Source: Octopus sinensis
Lineage: Eukaryota
NCBI RefSeq assembly: GCF_006345805.1
Contig: NC_043003.1
Span: forward strand, 105,772,001 to 105,836,000
Direction: 5' to 3'
Length of the DNA: 64,000 bases
Made by a program: the position numbers and the translations under genes. Shown piece after piece: positions 34,714 through 46,789 of the stretch (position 1 is its first letter; each line of letters opens with the position of its first letter). The notes beneath the pieces were generated by a model. The model had not been told where the DNA came from and did not search any database. It saw only the letters and a program-made list of their open reading frames with translations.

Positions 34714-35046
34714 CCTTCTTCTTCTTCTTAGCTGAGATGGCGAAAACGAAAGGATGTCGGATTAAATACCTTGCAATATTTCACTTAGTGTATAGCATAT
34801 GTTCACAAAGTGGGCGCTACCGTCCACCGGTGGGCGTTAAGACGGTCCAGATGGGCGCGGGTGCTTAAGGGAGCGGTATAGAAAAAGCACCAGCGCCCAT
34901 CTGGACCGTCTTAACGCCCACCGGGGGACGGTAGCGCCCACTTTGAGAACATACACTATACACTAAGTGAAATATTGCAAGGTATTTAATCCGACATCCT
35001 TTCGTTTTCGCCATCTCAGCTAAGAAGAAGAAGAAGAAGAAGAAGG
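34714..35046. repeat. Near-perfect fold-back palindrome (~155-bp arms, 18-nt spacer)
   Basis: 34714-34866 is the reverse complement of 34885-35046; (CTT)n / (AAG)n ends. Confidence 0.9.
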
Positions 35047-35051
35047 TAAAC

Positions 35052-35212
35052 CTGTGTGGTTGCAAGACGGCTAAGAAGCCCTTTACAACCATATGGTTTC
35101 GGGTTCAGTCCCACTGCGCGGCACCTTGAGCAAGTATCTTTTGCTACAGCCCCGAGTCGACCGATGTTTTGTGAGTAAATTTGGTAGACGGAAACTGTGT
35201 GGAAGCCCATCG

Positions 35213-35245
<33 letters not shown>
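35052..35245 (+). mobile_element. Family B SINE, head half
   Basis: ggttcagtcccactgcgcggcaccttgagcaagt ... ends in (TA)(CA). Confidence 0.7.
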
Positions 35246-35248
<3 letters not shown>

Positions 35249-37063
35249 TGGGCGTAAGTCCGTTCATCCATTAATCGTTAATTAACGAAGTTAACATTTT
35301 CAGTAACGATCTAAATTTTAGTTGGCTTTGAAAATCATTATCGGACTAATTGATTTAAGTTACTTTTAGCTTTCGTTAACTCAAGTCCGTTAACCCCAAA
35401 ATTTCATAAAAAAACAGTAAACGTTTAAAAGTTTCTACCATTTTCAGATTGTCTTAGCATATTCAATATTGTACGCATCATTCTTTCAACCTCGATATAA
35501 CGCCATTTATTATTACAAATAACTTGAAATAAAAACCACCCGCTTGTTGCTAGCAAAGGTAGCGGGAAAATTCTTTGTCCTGTCAAAAGGGAACAGTGTT
35601 TGATATGTTTCCACTAGTTCCTTGACCTCGTTAAGGTGGATGTCAACAGAGAAAATATTGACTTCCATAAAGTGGAAAAAATAAATGGAAGGAAAATGTT
35701 GGTAAATATTTCGGTGTGAACGCAAATAGCTGTTATGTGGTAGCAGGGCATGCTATAAATAGAAGCCAAATCTATCCTTTTCTGGAAAAAGGAGTCGTTT
35801 ACGCGTGATTTCAATGTCACATTCGTTGAAAGCATGCAAAATAACCTTGAAAAGGAAAAAAAAGACCCGCGAAGCAAACCTCCCTTGGTGAGAAACTTCG
35901 AAGTCCCCAGGAAAAAAGTGGCTGGCAGCGCATTTGGCGGTCAGATACATCGAATGCATCCCCCCCCCCAAAAAAAAACTGTGGAAAAAATTATTCCACT
36001 CCAAGGTACGAAATATTTGGCGAAAGAATAAAATCTTGTACCGATTTTACCTGTATTTTAAATCAAATTAATGCATCTCATCTTGAAAAGTGGAAAAAAG
36101 TGTTGTCGCATAGTTTAATAAGAAATCAAACAGATGTATTAAAAATTTCAATTTTAGTGTTTATCCATAATGTTTTATACATGTTAATTAAATTTACCTG
36201 CCCATAAAAATCAAATTTATTCGGCAAGATCAGCTAAATTTCATAACTATAAACCAGTGGTATATAAAGCACCCACTGACAAAATTTCTGTATGTAAAAA
36301 ATTTACAAAGTTACAAAAAAAAATATTGTGGATAGCCCTCTTGAACCTGAATAATTCAAAATAATGTGAACAAATAAGCATTACATTTGACAGATATATG
36401 AACACTAAAGATGTTTTTAGGTGCTTTTTCTTACACACACACCCATAACACGGCCTCGCTCGATTGGGACTACACGTGTGTTACTTTGACATCCTCATTC
36501 CATGAAATTTGTTTATGGGGGAAAAATATTGAAAAATATCAATATATGTGTGAGTGAGAAAGAAACGAGGAGGGAGGCTTTGGGATGTGCTAGAAACAAC
36601 AGTCAGATCTCCCTTTAAATGACACATTTTCCTCTGAAATTATTAAATTTTTTTAAAACCGAAAATGCTTCTCTCACAGGTTTTAAGTGCATACTAAAAA
36701 AAAACAAAAACATTTCGGATTGGGGTGGTGAAGGGGTGGTGGGAGTGAAGAAAAAATTTTCAAACTTTTTTCTTTTTTTTCGTGAAAGATGCCTCTCATC
36801 ATTCTGAAGACTTTGGTGAAAAACATCGCAAAATCATTGGTTGTCAAGTGGTGATGATGGGGGATGGAGGAACAAACACTGACACAAAGACACATACATA
36901 GATACATGAATATATGCACACACACACACACCACACACACACACGTGTATATGTGCCACTGATGAGAACCCAATAAAGTTCGAAAATCGATTAAAGTTGT
37001 TCATCATTTTTTCAGTCTGCGGAGAAATGGCTAAAAATTTGCCGTTTATAATTATACCCTAGA

Positions 37064-37650
37064 TACTCTTTACTCTTTTACTCTTTTACTTGTTTCAGTC
37101 ATTTGACTGCGGCCATGCTGGAGCACCGCCTTTAATCGAGCAACTCGACCCCGGGACTTATTCTTTTGTAAGCCCAGTACTTATTCTATCGGTCACTTTT
37201 GCCGTCCGCTAAGTAACGGGGACATAAACACACCAGCATCGGTTGTCAAGCAATGCTAGGGGACAAACACAGACACACAAACGCATATATATATATATAT
37301 ATACATATATATATACATATATACGACGGGCTTCTTTCAGTTTCCGTCTACCAAATCCACTCAGAAGGCTTTGGTCGGCCCGAGGCTATAGTAGAAGACA
37401 CTTGCCCAGGGTGCCACGCAGTGGGACTGAACCCGGAACCATGTGGTTGGTAGACAAGCTACTTAGCACACAGCCACTCCTATATATATATACGATGCGC
37501 TTCTTTCAGTTTCCGCCTACCAAATCCACTCACAAGGCTTCGATCGATCCGAGGTTATAATAGAAGACATTTGCCCAAGGTGCTACGATGTGGGACTGAA
37601 CCCGGAACCATGTAGTTGGGAAGCATGCTTCTTACTACACAGCTGCACCT
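37064..37650 (-). mobile_element. Family B SINE (37064-37481) plus a second head (37490-37650)
   Basis: Full reverse-strand copy followed by a duplicated head half. Confidence 0.8.
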
Positions 37651-37829
37651 CCGCTTGAGTTTCCAGGGAGAGAGAGAGATAGAAAGAGAGAGGGGGAGAG
37701 AAAGAAAGAGAGAGGGAGATAGAAAGAGAGAGGGGGGGAGAAGGAAATAACTAAAAGCAGGTAATGAAGCGGTCTTCCCAGTGCAGCGTCACTATGGCCG
37801 AATCGTTAGTCCACTGGGCACGTCTGTCT

Positions 37830-37965
37830 TAACGTCCTCAGTTCAAATGCTGCCGAGATCGACTTTGCCTTTCATTCTTTCAGGGTCGTTAAAATAGTAC
37901 CAGTTAAGGTACTGGAGTCGATGTAATCGACTTACCCCTCCTTCCAAAATTGCTGGTCTTGTTTC
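37830..37965 (+). mobile_element. Family A SINE, partial
   Basis: cagttcaaatgctgccgagatcgactttgcctttcattc core. Confidence 0.6.
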
Positions 37966-38131
37966 AGAATGTGAAACTGATATAATAGTATTAGTGATGA
38001 GTGAAGTGGGAAGCTCAAACACTACCCTAGGCGGTACAAACTCCGATGTTTTTATTAGAATGAAAGTATTACGGAGATGTACTTGCATAGCAAGTGACCT
38101 GATCTGAGATCGCGTGCTGGAACGAATACAA

Positions 38132-38822
38132 TTGCTGCGTGGAAGGTGTTTATAAACCATTTAAGAAACACACAAAAACCGTTAGATTCACTTCAACGTT
38201 TAAATTTAAATTTAACTAGCAGTATCGCCCGGCGTTGCTCGGGTTTGTAAGGGAAATAACTATATAAGCATTTTTAGAGATATAAAGTATAATAGCCATC
38301 TCAATATGGCTAACCACAAAGGGGGGGGGGGGTGTTACTGTAGCTTTTTACGTTCTGAGATTTAATAATGCATTTTTAGAGAGTTACTTCCCTTATATAT
38401 GCCAAAAATGCATTAAAAAATGGGAAAAATTGATAGTAAATTTTTTTTAAAAATCGTAGACTCATCGTAGACGCGCGCTAATACCCAGAAGGGCTCGATA
38501 TGAATCACGACTATAAGATACCTGGTTTTGGTTAAACTGCACCGCAAAATGTGGGAGTAGTTAGGAATCTAAATCGTAGGAGCCAGACAGCACACAACCT
38601 CTCTTTTATATATAAAGATTTGTCAAAATATTTTCGTCGCTTTGAGACAGCGACCTGTTCACTGACAAATTTCGTGCTGCCGGAATTTTGTCAGTGAACA
38701 GGTCGCGGTCTCAAAGCGACGAAGATATTTTGACAAATTAAATTTAAATTTAAATGTTGAAGTGAATCTAACGGTTTTTGTGTGTTTCTTAAATGGCTTA
38801 TAAACACCTTCCACGCTGCAAC
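38132..38822. mobile_element. Fold-back element (~140-bp arms) interrupted by a Helitron
   Basis: Left arm 38132-38215 + 38619-38672 mirrors right arm 38683-38822. Confidence 0.75.
38216..38618 (-). mobile_element. Non-autonomous Helitron
   Basis: Minus-strand 5' A|TCTTTATATATAAAAG; same 3' hairpin and CTAG|T as 29929-30290. Confidence 0.85.
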
Positions 38823-38897
38823 GAAAGTATTGTTGTGGAGAAATGAGAAGCTGTGAGTAGACTTCACGCCCTAGTCACAAATCACTGCAGCCTATTG

Positions 38898-39046
38898 CAG
38901 GCATAGACATCTTTTTTGGAGAAGCGGGCCACATGAAACATGGATCATCATCAAGCGGGCCGCTCTATTAAAAAAAAAATTGGAGGTAATTTTCCGTTAC
39001 GCGTGCTCTTCAGAAAATCCCGCGGGCCGCAATTTGCCCATAGTTG
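38898..39046. mobile_element. hAT-like MITE
   Basis: CAGGCAT..gaagcgggccac...gcgggccgc...ttgcccat; same family as 41925-42706. Confidence 0.55.
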
Positions 39047-39119
39047 GCCAGTTGTGTGTATGTGAGAAAAAGAGAGGAGAGAGAAAAGGGGAAAAGAGAG
39101 AGGTTAGAGGAAGACAGGG

Positions 39120-39131
39120 AGAGAGTGTGTG

Positions 39132-39165
<34 letters not shown>

Positions 39166-39420
39166 TGTGTGTGTGCGTGTGTGTATGTGAGAGTGTGTGT
39201 ATGAGTGAAAAGAGAGTGTGTGTGTATGAGAGTGAGTGTGCGTGTGTGTGTATGAGAGAAAGAGAGTGTGTGTGTATGAGAGTGTGTGTGTGTGTGTGTG
39301 TATGAGAGAAAAAGAGAGTGTGTGTGTATGAGAGAGTGAGTGTGTGTGTGTGTATGAGAGAGAACGAGAGAGAGTGTGTGTATGAGAGAGTGAGGGAGAG
39401 AGAGAGAGAGAGAAAGAGAG
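39120..39420. repeat. (GA)/(GT) compound microsatellite
   Basis: Directly visible. Confidence 0.9.
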
Positions 39421-39984
39421 AAAATTAAAGGCTCGACACTAATAGGATGAATGGCAAAGCTGACCTGGACTTCATTCTGAACTCAGAATGAATATACATT
39501 TGTCAAAAAGTGCTTTTTATTGTCGACAAAAGGCAAATAAAAATAAAATTCCGATGTCTCTCACCAAAGTGGAAATCTCCCATAAAAAGATACTCGTTTC
39601 CAGTTACCAAAGCAACCAAGTAAGAAAGTTCGCGTCCATCCTTGTTTCATAGCCTTTTTTTTTCTTTTTTCCCCCCATCATCATAATGTCGAAAATGAAT
39701 ATAATTGTATATTTCTGAGATGAGGAAATTATATTATGTACACTGTTTAGATTAATCGTACTAATGCAAACAGTTTACATATCGAAGTCTCCTATTAAAT
39801 GTAACATTTTTGCAGCTAAACATCCCAGAGGCTCTTCTCTACATAACCATGTCCCGCTTCCGACCTCTCTTGTCTCACAACTTAAGAAAAAGGATGGATT
39901 TCTTTTATTGAAATTTAATATAAATGCCTTTCAGATGGCGCAGATTAAGATTATATCGGATTTTAAAGTAAAAAAAAAATGATT

Positions 39985-40400
39985 CTAGTGAGCGCACACG
40001 CTTACACACACACACGTACGCACGCACACTCACACACACAATACATACATACACACACGCACGCACACATGCACACTCACACACACAATACACATACACA
40101 CACACACAATACATACATACACACGCACATGCACGCACGCACACTCACAATACACATACACACACACACAATACATACATACACACACACACAAACATAC
40201 ACACACACGCACACACACACATGCACGCACGCACACATGCACACTCACACACACAATACACATACACACACACAATACATACATATACACACACAAACAC
40301 ACACGCACACGCACACATGCACGCACACACACACACACACATGCACGCACGCACACGCGCGCGTACACATGCACACTCACACTCACATACACACACACAG
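39985..40400. repeat. (CA)-rich compound microsatellite
   Basis: Directly visible; lies inside an imperfect inverted-repeat element (~39850-40570). Confidence 0.9.
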
Positions 40401-40683
40401 ACATGCATGTCAGTATGTATGTTCGTGCAACCGCCAATTTGTTTCTCTCTTTTTTTATTATGTTAGATTCCGGTGTTTTAAGTGTTATCTACAACATCTG
40501 AAAATTGCCTGTAGAAAGTTCAATTAAAACATATCCATTTTTTCTGAAAGTTATGAGGAAACAAAGTCGGTGTGTGTTGTGGTGTGTAGGCAAGGTACAT
40601 TTGCATCGGTATACTCAACCCAAATGTACTGTTTAAATTGAGTTGGGAATTTAATCTTTCAACAATTGATTTCAATCGAAAGA

Positions 40684-40957
40684 TGTATGTATGTATGTAT
40701 GTATGTATGTATGTATGTATGTATGTATGTATGAATGTATGTATGTATGTATGTATGTATGTATGTATGTATGTATGAATGTATGTATGTATGTATGTAT
40801 GTATATATGAATGTATGTATGAATGTATGTATGTATGTATGTATGTATGTATGTATGTATGAATGTATGTATGTATGTATGTATGTATGTATGTATGTAT
40901 GTATGAATGTATGTATGTATGTATGTATGTATATATGATGTATGTATGAATGTAATG

Positions 40958-40989
<32 letters not shown>

Positions 40990-41530
40990 TGTATGTATGA
41001 TGTGTATGTATGTATGTATGTATGTATGTATGTATGTATGTATGTATGATGTATGAATGTATGTATGTATGTATGTATGTATGTATGTATTATGATGTAT
41101 GTATGTATGTATGTATGTATGTATGTATGATGTATGTATGTATGTATGTATAATGTATGTATGTATGTATGATGTATGTATGTATGTATGTATGTATGTA
41201 TGTATGTATGTATGTATGTATGTATGTATGTATGAATGTATGTATGTATGTATGTATGTATCAATGTATGTATGTATGTATGTATGTATGTATGTATGTA
41301 TGAATGTATGTATGTATGTAGTATGTATATATGAATGTATGTATGTATGTATGTATGTATGTATGTATGTATGTATGTATGTATGAATGTATGTATGTAT
41401 GTATGTATGAGTGTATGTGTATGTATGTATGTATGTATGAATGTATGTATGTTTGTATGTATGTATGTATGTATGAATGTATGTATGTTTGTATGTATGT
41501 ATGTATGTATGAATGTATGTATGTTTGTAT
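40684..41530. repeat. (TATG)n microsatellite, ~850 bp
   Basis: Directly visible; source of the spurious HTYI and MYVC ORFs. Confidence 0.95.
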
Positions 41531-41924
41531 GCATGCATGCAATGTTCATACATACACAAGACAGATGAAAGATTTACGTATATACACAACCATATGTCTA
41601 TACGTTTATATGCTATAATCTCCATAGAGATCTCAAAAAGACGTAGAGATAAATGCTTTTGGAAAATAAATCTCAAACTTTAATTTGTCCATGAATCTGC
41701 AATGAATCCCAATCCTTGTTATCTCTTTTCCATAGCTTCATATCTTCCAAGAAGCCATTCATACCTTTATCTTTGCCATCTTGTACTGCAGAACATGAAG
41801 CCTTTTTCAAAGCTAGGTTTTCTTTGAACGTCTGATTTTAAGGATGATATTTCAATCTTAAAATGTCTGATGATGTCATTCCTTGCAGAAATATAGAAAG
41901 ATTGTACCCTGTGTTACTCTAAAA

Positions 41925-42706
41925 CAGGAACGGGCAACCATTTTCGAGAAGCGGGCCGCATGAGATATGACTTATCATCAGGCGGGCCGCACTATTTAAA
42001 AAAATAATTTAAGGTAATTACCCAAAAGTGGAAAAGCGCAGGAAAGTATACTTCCAGAAGGAGGGAAAAGGATATAAAACCAGGTCTACAAATGAAATAT
42101 ACGAGATAGACGAAAGATGGAAGGGATACTGGGAGGTGGCCACGGATTTGGAAAGACTAGTAATATATGTACTAATAGAAACGACAAAAAGACCAGAATT
42201 AGTCCTATGAGACAGAGAATAGGAATTTTGCTAGAACTGACAGTGCCATGGGAAGAGAACATCGGCAATGCAGAGGAATGGAAGGAGAAGAGGTACGAAG
42301 AACTAATCGAAGAGTGCAGAGAACAGAGATGGAATGTCGAGTATTACCACCTGGCAGTGGGGTCAATGGGCTTCGTTGAAAGAAAAATGACAACGCCATT
42401 CAAAAAAAGATTTGTTTTTTCTAGCTCGTAGCTGAGTAAACTAATAAGGAGAGTACAGGAGGCGGTCGAAAAAAGCCAGCTTCTATATATGGCTGAAGCG
42501 GGAAGACCAAAAATGGCTTGAAAGCCATAACAGCACTAGGTGAGACGCTGAAGAAACGGGCAACCATTTCCGAGAAGCGGGCCGCACTTATCAGGCGGGC
42601 CGCACTTATCAGGCGGGCCGCACTATCTAAAAAAAAAAATTCAAGTAATTTTTTGTTTGGTGTGCCACACAGAAAGTCACTTGGGCCGCAATTTGCTCAT
42701 TAACTG
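41925..42706. mobile_element. hAT-like MITE with 8-bp TSD, containing a HERO LINE fragment
   Basis: TSD CTCTAAAA at 41917-41924 and 42707-42714; CAG...CTG termini. Confidence 0.7.
42030..42550 (+). mobile_element. HERO-clade RLE retrotransposon 3' fragment
   Basis: WEVATDLERL..ETTKRPELVL / ILLELTVPWEENI..AEEWKEKRYEEL...C...W......LAVGSMGF fits the HERO-type RLE pattern (LTVPWEE, EVG.RGF). Confidence 0.75.
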
Positions 42707-43017
42707 CTCTAAAATATAGCGGACACTGCTTTCATAAACCAAACAAATGAAGAATAAATTACAATTTTTGTCCACTCTCCGACTTTATTTTCCCCACAAC
42801 TTTCTGAAAAATATATAATTTAGATGAATTTTTCTACTAATTCGTTTCAGATGGTGTAAATTATGATAATGTCGGAATTTGATGGGAAATAAAGAAAAAA
42901 ACCCCCCCAAAAACTCGTGTGTGTGGAATGAGATTGGATAATTCACACATCTCCACTTTGTTTCCTCATGCGTTTTGATGATATATGTGAATTATCCGTC
43001 CCTCACTCACTCGATCA

Positions 43018-43307
<290 letters not shown>

Positions 43308-43730
43308 TAAACAGTAAAAATAATTACAGACATGGACAAGAACATGAAACACCACAGAGACGACACATATATATATATTCACATTAAGTTTGAATAGAAA
43401 ATTTTATCGAAGGTATCCATTCTTCAGAAAGTTACAAAGGAACGAAGTCGGTGGGGAAGTTATGCCGGTTAAATGAGGGTAGATGCAGGTGTACTTATTC
43501 GTCACCTGCATTAATTTATCAGGTTATAAGGTAACTGACGAACGAATGCTTTTGCTCCGGGAAACTGGGATGTGTCTAATATGCCCGTGTCTTAGAATAA
43601 CCATCAAATACAGTAGCTCTAACACTTCGATAAATTTTGTCCATTTCTCGATCCACATTTTGCTTTTTTTTTTTTAATAATATATTCTCTTTGCAGATCA
43701 ACTTTTTCGGGGTCGACAGAGTAAAGTACC

Positions 43731-43958
43731 TATTTCTTTATTACCCACAAGGGGCTAAACATAGAGGGGACAAACAAGGACAGACATAGGTATTAAGTTG
43801 ATTACATCGACCCCAGTGCGTAACTGTTACTTATTTAATCGACCCCGAAAGGATGAAAGGCAAAGTCGACCTCGGCGGAATTCGAACTCACAACGTAACG
43901 GCAGCCGAAATACTGCTAAGCATTTCGCCCGACGTGCTAACGATTCTGCCAGCTCGCC
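43731..43958 (-). mobile_element. Family A SINE
   Basis: Reverse complement of the 12491-12722 type. Confidence 0.85.
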
Positions 43959-44548
43959 AAAGTACCAGGTGAGCTGTAGGGTCGAGGTACTCGACTGGCT
44001 CCCTCCGCCATAATTCCACTCCGTGTGCTTATAGCAGAAAGAATATATTCTTTACAATTCTGATGTTATTCTATCTTCTTACATCGTTAATGCCTTTGAG
44101 TAAGGCTTATGTCTATCCCTTGATCTGATTTCTCTTCATGCAAAGGCTTCTTATACATATCTCTTAACCAAGACATTCCGTAAAAATTCAGTGTAAAATA
44201 ATTGCGACCATTTATAAAATCCTATTAAATTTCATCTCTTCATTTATTAAATTATCGGGTTTCGTTATTTCGTGATTAAACTTGACCGAGGTGGAAAACC
44301 ATTGAAGGTAGTTTCTCTTGAACGACAAGGGCAACATTTTTGAGGAAAGGGGTTAACCGATAGAATCAACTATAGTATTTGATAGTTACTTTATTTTATT
44401 TTATCGATCCTGAAAGGATTACTTTGAACGTGAAGGACCGGAACAAATACGGCGAAGCATTTCCCCCTCGCTCCATCCAATCTGCTTGTCGCCTTAAGGT
44501 ATTTTACTATAATGGGATTTATTTCCTCTGCTCTTCATTACAAATCCT

Positions 44549-44971
44549 GAATCTTTTCGGTTTGAACGGCAGTTTTTTCTAGCGGTGTCATATGAAATTG
44601 TCACCCATAATTATGACCCTAGTATCGATCTATTGCATTTCAATCTGTTTTAGATTTAGGGTTAGGGTTAGAGGTGGAGAGAAGGGTATCTTTTTTTCTT
44701 CACAAATGTAATTAAACCCAATCTGTTTCTTAAACGAGGGACAAATTCATACGGCACAGAATGCTTTTTATCTCAATAGACGTCACTGATTGGTTGAAAT
44801 TGCAGAAATTGAAGTAAAAAAACAACAAATATCTTACAAACTATAGAATTTTCTCAATAAAGCCAAGAGAAAAAGATGTTTTATAAACACATTCTACAAG
44901 TATACGAAGTTTAAAATTTTTTAGTTACCTAGAAATTATGTTAAAAACTGCCGTTCAAACCGAAAAGATCC
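44549..44971. mobile_element. MITE with ~30-bp TIRs and 8-bp TSD (Mutator- or hAT-like)
   Basis: TIR G(A/G)ATCTTTTCGGTTTGAACGGCAGTTTTT; TSD CAAATCCT at 44541-44548 and 44972-44979. Confidence 0.8.
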
Positions 44972-45589
44972 CAAATCCTTCCAAACCCGGGGTTTACAAA
45001 ATAAGGGGCAGGATAATTCTGAAGTTAATTCATTTCACTGTTTCATCACCGTCAAAACTAGACATGTCCCTTGTCAAGATAAATCAGATCACAGTGTTTA
45101 GTTACAACCCTTTACGTTCTGAGTTCAAACCCTACCAATATCAACTTAGCTTTTTCATCTTTTGTGGGGTCGGTAAATTACAGTAGCAGTCAAGTACTGA
45201 CATAAATGTACATTCCTTCTATGCATCAGAGCTGTGAATGGAATTATAACCGTAGACTAAGACTAATAATTTAGTTTAGGGCCCATTTAACTGTAAAGGT
45301 CGTTATAAAATCTTAATATATGTAGACAGCATTCGTAAATTATTTTTTAAATGTGAATTTTATTTCTAATGTTGTTGTTGTTTAACCGTTCTAACCTCGA
45401 AAAACTTGTCTTTATTTGTTTTTCAGTTTATTTATTGAAGAATATTACTCAATGTGTACTTTTTTTGAGACTGTAAAGTGTGTTATTAGGAAGATCTGGC
45501 TGGTGTTTTTAGCAGGTTGAGCGACAATGTAAGAAGCTCCCCTCACACGATTTGCTCTGTTCTCTGCAGATGGTGGCGTGGTTGTTGGA

Positions 45590-46100
45590 GAAAGAGAGAG
45601 AGAGAATCAGAGAAGGAGTGGGGAGAGAATCAGAGAAAGGGGAGAGAGAATCAGAGAGAGGGGGAGAGAGAAAAAACAGAGAAAGAGAGAATCAGAAAAA
45701 GAGGGGGAGATAGAATCAGAGAGAGGGGGAGAGAGAAAAAACAGAGAAAGAGAATCAGAAAAAGAGGGGGAGAGAGAATCAGAGAAAGGAGAGAGCGAAC
45801 AGAGAGAGGAGGAGCGAGAAAAAACAGAGAGAGAAAGAATCAGAAAAAAGGGGGAGATAGAATCAGAGAGAGGGGGAGAGAGAAAAAACAGAGAAAGAGA
45901 ATCAGAAAAAGAGGGGGAGAGAGAAAAAACAGAGAAAGAGAGAATCAGAAAAAGAGGGGGAGATAGAATCAGAGAGAGGGGGAGAGAGAAAAAACAGAGA
46001 AAGAGAATTAGAAAAAGAGGGGGAGAGAGAATCAGAGAAAGGAGATAGAGAACAGAGAGAGGAGGAGCGAGAAAAAACAGAGAGAGAGAGAGAGAGATAG
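45590..46100. repeat. Purine-rich ~42-65-bp minisatellite
   Basis: Repeats of aaaaacagagaaagagaatcagaaaaagagggggagatagaatcagagagagggggagagag. Confidence 0.9.
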
Positions 46101-46109
46101 ATAGAGAGG

Positions 46110-46354
46110 ATGGAGGCTGTACGCGCGTATGAAAGAGAAAGTGTGTAAGACAGAGTGTAAGAGAGAAAGAGTGTGAGGAGGGAGACTGATCGCTGATTGG
46201 TCGGTTTAGTTTTCCAGTCGGTCAAATAAAGTTTCAGCCATCGAAGATCGATCTGTGATTTATTTTTGATTCTCAATTGAAAAAGACTGAAATCAATTTC
46301 ATATCAATAGAAAAGTCTCTCGAAATAATTGTTTTGTATTTATCACTTAACAAG
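46110..46354 (+). promoter_or_regulatory. Probable SYCP3 promoter / 5' region
   Basis: Locally CpG-rich (ACGCGCGT near 46120), with an inverted CCAAT (ATTGG 46196-46200) ~155 nt upstream of the ATG. The ATG could instead follow an acceptor (ttaacaAG|ATG). Confidence 0.4.
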
Positions 46355-46448
46355 ATGCCGAGAAAAGTTGTAAAAAGAAGTGCATCTCCGTCGGACAAAG
46401 AAGAAATGTCGCCTGTTCTTGCTCGACACAGTTCGCCAGAAATGAGAG
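46355..46448 (+). CDS. SYCP3: Synaptonemal complex protein 3, coding exon 1
   Basis: MPRKVVKRSASPSDKEEMSPVLARHSSPEMR, donor G|GTTAGA, phase 1. It is phase-compatible with exon 2, but this N-terminus is not conserved, so it is the least certain exon. Confidence 0.7.
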
Positions 46449-46789
46449 GTTAGAATTATAATCTCTTCTTCCTCTAATAAATAACCTTTAAATACTTCCT
46501 TTTATCGCTCTGATTATTTGGATACAGTAATTAAGTAATTTTCAATGAAATAAATTAAGTGTTGTCTTGTTTTAAGAGCACTTTCTCATTGTTAAAGACA
46601 CGATCTTACATTCATTGGTGACCAAACGACTTTTTCTTTCACGATTTCGATTGATGAAGAAGGAAATTCTCAATAATTTCTGAACAAGAATTAATTATAA
46701 TTAGTATTTCACGTAATCATTCCAATTGCTTCAATATTTTGCATACATATTTTAATTATTTTACTTCGTTTTTTTCTTTCAGTCAGAGT

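Noticed and set aside
35500-36000. Possible transposase remnant (EVKELVETYQTLFPFDRTKNF)
   Set aside because: Fragmented, and I could not match it to any superfamily motif.
39979-41676. Long HT/HTYI/MYVC ORFs
   Set aside because: (CA)n and (TATG)n microsatellites lack stops by composition.
45517-46048. Arg/Glu-rich ORFs
   Set aside because: Translation of the purine minisatellite.
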